From NCBI GenBank assembly GCA_038247415.1, contig JBBRUX010000071.1:1-12796 (forward strand): a stretch of 12,796 bases of DNA, written 5' to 3'. A program made the position numbers and the translations under genes. Numbering within the stretch: position 1 is the first letter of the stretch; every line of letters begins with the position of its first letter. This stretch comes from Chitinivibrionales bacterium. Lineage in GTDB: Bacteria > Fibrobacterota > Chitinivibrionia > Chitinivibrionales > WJKA01. Below, piece after piece: positions 6,805-12,796 of the stretch. The notes beneath the pieces were generated by a model that was given only the letters and a program-made list of their open reading frames with translations, was not told where the DNA came from and ran no database searches.

Positions 6805-9800
6805 ATGCCAAAAAGAAATGACATTCACCGGATCCTTATTATCGGATCGGGCCCTATTGTAATCGGTCAAGCATGCGAGTTCGATTATTCCGGAACCCAG
6901 GCGTGTAAGGCGCTTAAAGAAGAGGGCTTCGAAGTAATTTTAGTCAACTCAAATCCAGCTACCATCATGACCGATCCAACCATGGCCGATCGGACCTATA
7001 TCGAACCCATCACTCCCGAAATTGTTGAAAAAATTATTGCACGTGAACGTCCCGATGCCATTTTGCCAACCATGGGCGGACAAACCGGACTCAATACCGC
7101 AATGGAACTTTTTGAAAATGGCGTTTTGGCCCGGTATAGCGTGGCGCTTATTGGAGCCGACTACAAAGCTATTTGTAAAGCAGAAAATCGCAGCGAGTTT
7201 AAAGAGACCATGCTTAAGATTGGTCTTGATGTTCCTAAAAGTGCTCTTGCTTATAACATCGACGAAGCCTGGGCTATTGCCAAAGATATCGGTTTTCCTC
7301 TTATTATACGTCCTTCGCATACGCTTGGTGGTACAGGTGGGGGAATTGTGTATGCCGAATCAGACTTCGAACGCATGGCAAGCTACGGATTGCAATGTTC
7401 CCGTATCAACGAAATTCTTATAGAAGAATCGGTAATCGGTTGGAAAGAATACGAACTCGAAATCATGCGTGATAGTGCAGATAATGTCGTTATCATCTGC
7501 TCTATCGAAAACCTCGATCCTATGGGTGTTCACACGGGTGACTCTATTACCGTTGCCCCCGCGCAAACCCTTACCGATCGTCAATACCAATATATGCGCG
7601 ATGCATCGGCTGCTATCATTCGCGAAATTGGCGTTGAAACAGGCGGCAGCAATATTCAGTTTGCAGTTAATCCGGCAAATGGTCGCATGACGGTTATCGA
7701 AATGAACCCTCGCGTTTCGCGTAGCTCGGCTCTTGCGAGTAAAGCAACAGGCTTTCCTATTGCAAAATTTGCCGCAAAACTTGCGGTTGGCTATACTCTC
7801 GACGAAATTAAAAATGATATAACTCGGGTAACTCCTGCATCGTTTGAACCCACTATCGACTATTGCGTCATTAAAATCCCTCGTTTTACTTTCGAGAAAT
7901 TTCCAGAAGCTGATCCAACCCTAGGCATCCAGATGAAATCGGTTGGAGAAACAATGGCTATCGGGCGCACCTTTAAAGAAGCCCTGCAAAAAGGTTTGCG
8001 CGGTCTGGAAACCGGCAAATGCGGCTTTGAATATGCACCATTCGATTTACAAGGTGCAGAGCTAGAAGTTCGTCTTTCTAAGCCACGTGCCGATAGAATA
8101 TTTGTCATACGGCATGCTCTGGAAATTGGAATGAGCGTTGCAGATATTTGCACCCATACCAAAATCGATCCATGGTTTATCAATAATATGAAAGACCTCG
8201 TGGATTTCGAAAAAACAATACCTGCCGATACCTTGAGCTTGCCAAAAGCTATACAAAACGACTTTTATACAACCGCTAAAAAGCACGGTTTTTCCGATGC
8301 GCATCTTGCCAAGATTCTTAAATCCAGCGAAGTTGCTGTTCGTAAATCGAGAATCGATGCCGGCGTTTCTGCGGTGTATAAGCTTGTTGATACCTGTGCA
8401 GCAGAATTTGAAGCGTATACTCCGTATTATTATTCTACCTACGAAACCGAAAACGAAGCCTCTCGAACAGACCGTAAAAAAATAATGATTCTTGGGGGTG
8501 GTCCAAATCGCATTGGTCAAGGAATCGAGTTCGACTACTGTTGCTGTCAGGCAAGTTTTGCCCTCGAGGAACTTGGGTATGAATCTATTATGGTGAATAG
8601 CAACCCCGAAACAGTGTCAACCGATTACGACACCTCCGACAAGCTTTACTTTGAGCCTCTCACGTTCGAAGATGTCATGAATATTGTTGATCAAGAAAAA
8701 CCTGATGGAATTATTGTTCAATTTGGCGGACAAACACCGCTTAATCTCGCGCGTAAACTTTACGATGCAGGCGCGCCTATTATCGGAACATCGGTAAAAT
8801 CGCTCGAACGCGCCGGGGATCGTGGTGAATTCTTCCAAATGATTACTAAGCTTGGTTTACATCAGCCACAAAACGGAATGGCAACAACCAAAGATGACGC
8901 AGTAGGAATTGCACGCAGAATCGGATTCCCGGTACTTGTGCGCCCTTCGTTTGTTCTTGGTGGTAGAGCCATGCATATCGTCTACGATGAAGTCGATCTT
9001 TTAACCTGTGTTGATGAAGCTATGATTGTTGGGGAAAATCGGCCTGTGCTTATCGATAAATTTATTGCCGATGCCATTGAAGTAGATGTTGACGCTGTGT
9101 CTGATGGTACCGATACAACAATATGCGGCATTATGGAACACATCGAAGAGGCGGGTATTCACTCGGGTGATAGTGCGTGCGTGTTACCGCCACATACTCT
9201 TTCCGATGATATCATAAACGAGATCCGTCGTACTACCATGTGTATTGCCAAGGAACTTTCGGTTGTCGGATTGCTCAATATCCAGTATGCTATAAAAGAA
9301 GATACCGTATATGTTCTCGAGGTTAATCCTCGCGCATCGCGAACTGTTCCTTTTGTAAGCAAGGCAATGGGAGTTCCATGGGCCAAGATTGCTGCAAAAG
9401 TGATGACCGGCGTAAAACTTGCCGATTTACCTGAAGCGGTGTGCCGCGACATGGATTATTTTGCTGTCAAGGAAAGTGTTTTGCCTTTTAGCAAGTTTCC
9501 TGGTGCCGATACCATGCTTGGCCCAGAAATGAAGTCGACTGGTGAAGTTATGGGCATCGATCGCGACTTTGGGTTAGCGTTTGCAAAATCGCAGGAAGCT
9601 GCAGGAAATATATTGCCTCGAACAGGAACAATTTTTTTAAGCGTAAAAAATAGCATGCGTCGCAACATAATTTTTATGGCCAAGAAAATGTCTGATATGG
9701 GTTTTAGAATCTGCGCCTCAGAGGGAACGTGTAAAGTGCTTCGTAGCAATGGCGTCAATGCAAAAATGGTTCCAAAAATCGGCGAGGGCAAGCCGGATAT

Positions 9801-10083
9801 TATCGATCTTATCAAGGCAAATGATATTAATCTTATAATTAATGTTGCTGGTGGCGGAAAAAAATCCCAAACCGATAGCAAGCCAATTCGCAGTGCTGCT
9901 GTACTGCAGGGAATTCCGTATATTACAACCCTCGAAGGCGCACAGGCTGCTATTTCGGGTATGGAATCATTAGAAAAGACCGGCTTTGCTGTGCGGTCGA
10001 TTCAAGAATATTGCGCTCAACCTGATACCGTTAGTGCTACAAGTAAACAGCTTTTGGAAACTCGGAAAAAAATGTGGGAATAA
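6805..10083 (+). CDS. carB: Carbamoyl-phosphate synthase large subunit
   Basis: 1092 aa starting [32 protein letters not shown], with two ATP-grasp halves ([25 protein letters not shown] and [23 protein letters not shown]), [13 protein letters not shown] and a C-terminal MGS-like domain. AGGA lies upstream. Confidence 0.99.
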   Translation: MPKRNDIHRILIIGSGPIVIGQACEFDYSGTQACKALKEEGFEVILVNSNPATIMTDPTMADRTYIEPITPEIVEKIIARERPDAILPTMGGQTGLNTAMELFENGVLARYSVALIGADYKAICKAENRSEFKETMLKIGLDVPKSALAYNIDEAWAIAKDIGFPLIIRPSHTLGGTGGGIVYAESDFERMASYGLQCSRINEILIEESVIGWKEYELEIMRDSADNVVIICSIENLDPMGVHTGDSITVAPAQTLTDRQYQYMRDASAAIIREIGVETGGSNIQFAVNPANGRMTVIEMNPRVSRSSALASKATGFPIAKFAAKLAVGYTLDEIKNDITRVTPASFEPTIDYCVIKIPRFTFEKFPEADPTLGIQMKSVGETMAIGRTFKEALQKGLRGLETGKCGFEYAPFDLQGAELEVRLSKPRADRIFVIRHALEIGMSVADICTHTKIDPWFINNMKDLVDFEKTIPADTLSLPKAIQNDFYTTAKKHGFSDAHLAKILKSSEVAVRKSRIDAGVSAVYKLVDTCAAEFEAYTPYYYSTYETENEASRTDRKKIMILGGGPNRIGQGIEFDYCCCQASFALEELGYESIMVNSNPETVSTDYDTSDKLYFEPLTFEDVMNIVDQEKPDGIIVQFGGQTPLNLARKLYDAGAPIIGTSVKSLERAGDRGEFFQMITKLGLHQPQNGMATTKDDAVGIARRIGFPVLVRPSFVLGGRAMHIVYDEVDLLTCVDEAMIVGENRPVLIDKFIADAIEVDVDAVSDGTDTTICGIMEHIEEAGIHSGDSACVLPPHTLSDDIINEIRRTTMCIAKELSVVGLLNIQYAIKEDTVYVLEVNPRASRTVPFVSKAMGVPWAKIAAKVMTGVKLADLPEAVCRDMDYFAVKESVLPFSKFPGADTMLGPEMKSTGEVMGIDRDFGLAFAKSQEAAGNILPRTGTIFLSVKNSMRRNIIFMAKKMSDMGFRICASEGTCKVLRSNGVNAKMVPKIGEGKPDIIDLIKANDINLIINVAGGGKKSQTDSKPIRSAAVLQGIPYITTLEGAQAAISGMESLEKTGFAVRSIQEYCAQPDTVSATSKQLLETRKKMWE

Positions 10084-10128
10084 GATCGACCCGGTTTTCT
10101 GCACCCTTTGATGCTGGAGCTATGAAAT

Positions 10129-11733
10129 ATGTCTAAATTTATCTTTGTGACTGGGGGCGTTGTTTCTTCTCTTGGTAAAGGGATTACAGCTTCGTCCATT
10201 GGCCTCCTGCTAAAATCACGCGGTCTTAAAGTTGCCCACCAAAAATTCGATCCGTATTTGAATGTCGATCCTGGTACCATGAATCCTTACCAGCATGGTG
10301 AAGTGTATGTCACCGAAGATGGCGCCGAAACAGACCTGGATCTAGGTCACTACGAACGGTTCACCGGCACGCAAACAAATCGGAATTCTAATTATACTGC
10401 AGGGCGCATCTACGAATCGCTTATTAAAAAAGAGCGACGGGGCGACTTTCTGGGTGGAACAGTCCAGGTGGTTCCTCATGTTACGACAGAAATCTGCAAT
10501 AGCATCCATTCTGTTGATTCTCCCGAACTAGATGTTGTCATTTGCGAAATCGGTGGCACTGTTGGTGATATCGAAAGCCTTCCGTTTTTAGAAGCGCTTC
10601 GTCAGTTTCGGCAGCAGGTTGGCAAAAATAATGTCTTGTTTATTCACGTGACGCTTATTCCGTATTTGTCTCAAGCAGGCGAAGTAAAAACAAAACCAAC
10701 GCAGCATTCTGTTGGACGTTTGCGAGAAATCGGTATAATCCCCGATATTATTATTTGTCGCACTCAAATGCATTTAGACAAAGAAGTACGCCGTAAACTA
10801 TCGCTTTTTTGCAATGTCGACGAAGAAGCTGTCATCGAAGCATTTAATGTTGAACATACTATTTACGAAGTACCACTCGAATTTGCAGCCCAGGATTTAG
10901 ATCAAGTTGTAATCGATCAACTCGGATTGCGCGCAGGGCGGCGTAATCTTAAGCCATGGCGCGACTATGTCGACAAGGTTATTCATGCCGATAAAACGGT
11001 CACTATTGCAATAGTGGGAAAATATTCAGAACTTCTCGATGCTTATAAGTCAATTCACGAATCGCTTAATCATGCTGGTGCATTTCATAATGCTAAAATC
11101 AGTATCAAGAATGTTTCAGCCGAAGAGATCGAGAAAAAAGGCGCCAAAGATGTGTTAGCAGATGCCGATGGAATTCTCGTTCCCGGCGGTTTTGGAGTCC
11201 GAGGCGTAGAAGGAAAAATACTTGCTGTCAAGTATGCTCGTGAAAACAATGTGCCGTATTTTGGCATTTGCTATGGCATGCATATGGCGGTAATAGAATT
11301 TGCCCGACACGTTTTAAAGCTTGCCGATGCCGATACTACCGAAAATGTAGCCAATACTAAACATCCGGTAATTCATTTAATGGAAGAGCAGAAAACCAAA
11401 ATAATGAATTTGGGTGGTACCATGCGGCTCGGTGCATTTCCGTGTACGCTTAAAAAAGGCACCAAAACCCGCAAACAATACGATAAAGAACTCATTTCAG
11501 AACGTCACCGCCATCGCTACGAATTCAATAACGACTATCGTCAAGCATGCGAAGATGCTGGCCTTCTCATAAGCGGTGCATCACCCGATGGGTTACTTGC
11601 CGAAATTGTTGAGCTTAAAGACCATCCCTGGTTTGTAGGCTGTCAATTTCATCCAGAATTTAAATCTCGCCCAATCGATCCTCATCCGCTCTTTTTAGGA
11701 TTTATTAAAGCGTCACTTGATGCTAAAAAATGA
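10129..11733 (+). CDS. pyrG: CTP synthase
   Basis: 534 aa with [79 protein letters not shown] and QFHPEFKS. The RBS GGAG is at 10116-10119. Confidence 0.99.
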   Translation: MSKFIFVTGGVVSSLGKGITASSIGLLLKSRGLKVAHQKFDPYLNVDPGTMNPYQHGEVYVTEDGAETDLDLGHYERFTGTQTNRNSNYTAGRIYESLIKKERRGDFLGGTVQVVPHVTTEICNSIHSVDSPELDVVICEIGGTVGDIESLPFLEALRQFRQQVGKNNVLFIHVTLIPYLSQAGEVKTKPTQHSVGRLREIGIIPDIIICRTQMHLDKEVRRKLSLFCNVDEEAVIEAFNVEHTIYEVPLEFAAQDLDQVVIDQLGLRAGRRNLKPWRDYVDKVIHADKTVTIAIVGKYSELLDAYKSIHESLNHAGAFHNAKISIKNVSAEEIEKKGAKDVLADADGILVPGGFGVRGVEGKILAVKYARENNVPYFGICYGMHMAVIEFARHVLKLADADTTENVANTKHPVIHLMEEQKTKIMNLGGTMRLGAFPCTLKKGTKTRKQYDKELISERHRHRYEFNNDYRQACEDAGLLISGASPDGLLAEIVELKDHPWFVGCQFHPEFKSRPIDPHPLFLGFIKASLDAKK

Positions 11734-11760
11734 GATTTAAAGTCTAAGCATAATTGCTTA

Positions 11761-11794
11761 AAGGGGATCAGAGAAAACTGGTTCCCTTTTTTTT
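11761..11794 (+). terminator. Rho-independent terminator closing carA-carB-pyrG
   Basis: Stem AAGGGGATCAG / CTGGTTCCCTT (two G-U pairs) with a 6-nt loop, running into a T8 tract, 28 nt after the pyrG stop. Confidence 0.85.
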
Positions 11795-11811
11795 ATCGTA
11801 TTAAGATGAGA

Positions 11812-11820
11812 TGGTATATT
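11812..11820 (+). promoter_or_regulatory. Candidate extended -10 promoter for the DTW gene
   Basis: TG-G-TATATT directly downstream of the pyrG terminator. Confidence 0.4.
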
Positions 11821-11924
11821 TATTTCCATAAAAACTTGTTATTGCGTTGGGCCTTATTGTCAATGTCAAGCAACCTTTTTTGGAACAATCTATTTTTATC
11901 ACATTACCAATAACCCGAGAGCTT

Positions 11925-12620
11925 ATGCGACCTAACAAAACAGATCAATCCCCCGTTGAACCACCCGAGCGCGATCGTTGCTACGTTTGTAACCGATCAA
12001 AAGCCACCTGCTTTTGCGGTTTTGTTACCCCGTTTGATACAAATACGCGGTTTGTGCTGCTCATGCATCCTAAGGAATTTAAAGAGCAGACAACGGGATC
12101 GGGAAGGTTGACGCATAGAGCTTTAAAAAATTCTGAGATCCTCATGGGGGTCGATTTTACCGATGATAAGCGCTTAAATTCTCTACTTAACGATCCAGCT
12201 TATTATTCTGTGGTGGTGTACCCGGGGAGGAAGTCGGTAAACATATCAGAATGTGAAACAAGCATTTTTCCTCCCGACAAAAAACTTTTGGTGATACTTT
12301 TGGATGGTACTTGGCGCCATGCGAAGCGGATAAAGAAAATGAGCCCGAATCTGCATACTATTCCCGAAATCGGGTTTACCCCGCCGGCATTGTCCCGTTT
12401 TTATATCAAGCGTCAACCCGCGCCTGTATGCGTTTCAACCATTGAGGCAACATATTATCTGCTTGGAATTCTAGAAAAGTTTGGTATCGAGAAACTTGAT
12501 GATAAACATGCGACATTGCTTAATGCGATTGATTCTATTGTCAATTTTCAGGTAGAGTATATCAGCTCGCCGGATAGTTTGTCTCGGCATGTGATTAATA
12601 AGCAAACTTGGAAGAAATAG
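11925..12620 (+). CDS. tapT: DTW-domain tRNA-uridine aminocarboxypropyltransferase (TapT/YfiP-like)
   Basis: N-terminal RCYVCNRSKATCFC Cys cluster, LLMHPKE, TGSGRL, LLDGTWRHA (DTW motif), IKRQP and STIEA. ATG 11925 is preferred over TTG 11847. Confidence 0.88.
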   Translation: MRPNKTDQSPVEPPERDRCYVCNRSKATCFCGFVTPFDTNTRFVLLMHPKEFKEQTTGSGRLTHRALKNSEILMGVDFTDDKRLNSLLNDPAYYSVVVYPGRKSVNISECETSIFPPDKKLLVILLDGTWRHAKRIKKMSPNLHTIPEIGFTPPALSRFYIKRQPAPVCVSTIEATYYLLGILEKFGIEKLDDKHATLLNAIDSIVNFQVEYISSPDSLSRHVINKQTWKK

Positions 12621-12689
12621 CCCTACACCATAAAATCTAAAATTCTGAATTTCAAAGAGAGGAATCATAGTTGGATTTAAAGGGTAATA

Positions 12690-12763
12690 CAAAGAAATAA
12701 GAAGCAAAGAAATAAGAAGCAAAGAAATAAGAAGCAAAGAAATAAGAAGCAAAGAAATAAGAA
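12690..12763. repeat. 15-bp tandem repeat (CAAAGAAATAAGAAG), about 4.9 perfect copies
   Basis: Identical units start at 12690, 12705, 12720 and 12735, with a 14-nt partial copy at 12750. There are no spacers. Confidence 0.97.
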
Positions 12764-12764
12764 T

Positions 12765-12796
12765 CTGGGCACGCCGGCGCCAAGAGCGCCGTCGGG
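12765..12796. repeat. GC-rich hairpin, possibly a REP-like element truncated by the window edge
   Basis: Abrupt GC-rich CTGGGCACGCCGGCGCCAAGAGCGCCGTCGGG containing the stem CGGCGC-CAAGA-GCGCCG. Confidence 0.3.

Noticed and set aside
10111..10136. Mini-ORFs MLEL* and MKYV* at the pyrG start as regulatory leader peptides
   Set aside because: GGAG is properly spaced only for ATG 10129, and ORFs this short are expected by chance.
1331..11267. Short antisense or alternate-frame ORFs inside the aminotransferase, FkbH, carA, carB and pyrG genes
   Set aside because: These are shadow ORFs of well-supported genes, with no motifs of their own.
12471..12752. Minus-strand ORF MLLISLLLISL... resembling a signal or membrane peptide
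   Set aside because: The hydrophobic run is just the antisense translation of the tandem repeat, and the ORF overlaps the DTW gene.
12690..12763. CRISPR array
   Set aside because: The units are contiguous 15-mers with no spacers, and no cas gene is in the window.

Overview
Bacterial, moderately AT-rich window in two parts. The left ~5.4 kb is an eroding accessory region. It holds a type I restriction subunit (hsdR) remnant broken over three reading frames and cut off by an internally deleted IS3-like element. It also holds an intact class I/II PLP aminotransferase, an intact FkbH-type HAD-IIIC protein on the minus strand with no adjacent carrier-protein gene, and a relic of a secreted protein with a choice-of-anchor-Q-like C-terminus. 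The right ~7.2 kb is housekeeping: a carA-carB-pyrG run closed by an intrinsic terminator, then a DTW-domain tRNA acp3U transferase, a 15-bp tandem repeat and a GC-rich hairpin at the window edge. I see no convincing novel multi-gene system. The best leads are the partnerless FkbH gene, the carAB-pyrG linkage with atypical residues beside both glutaminase nucleophiles, the miniaturised IS, and a cluster of hairpins after the aminotransferase. All family calls come from motif recognition by eye; no searches were run.
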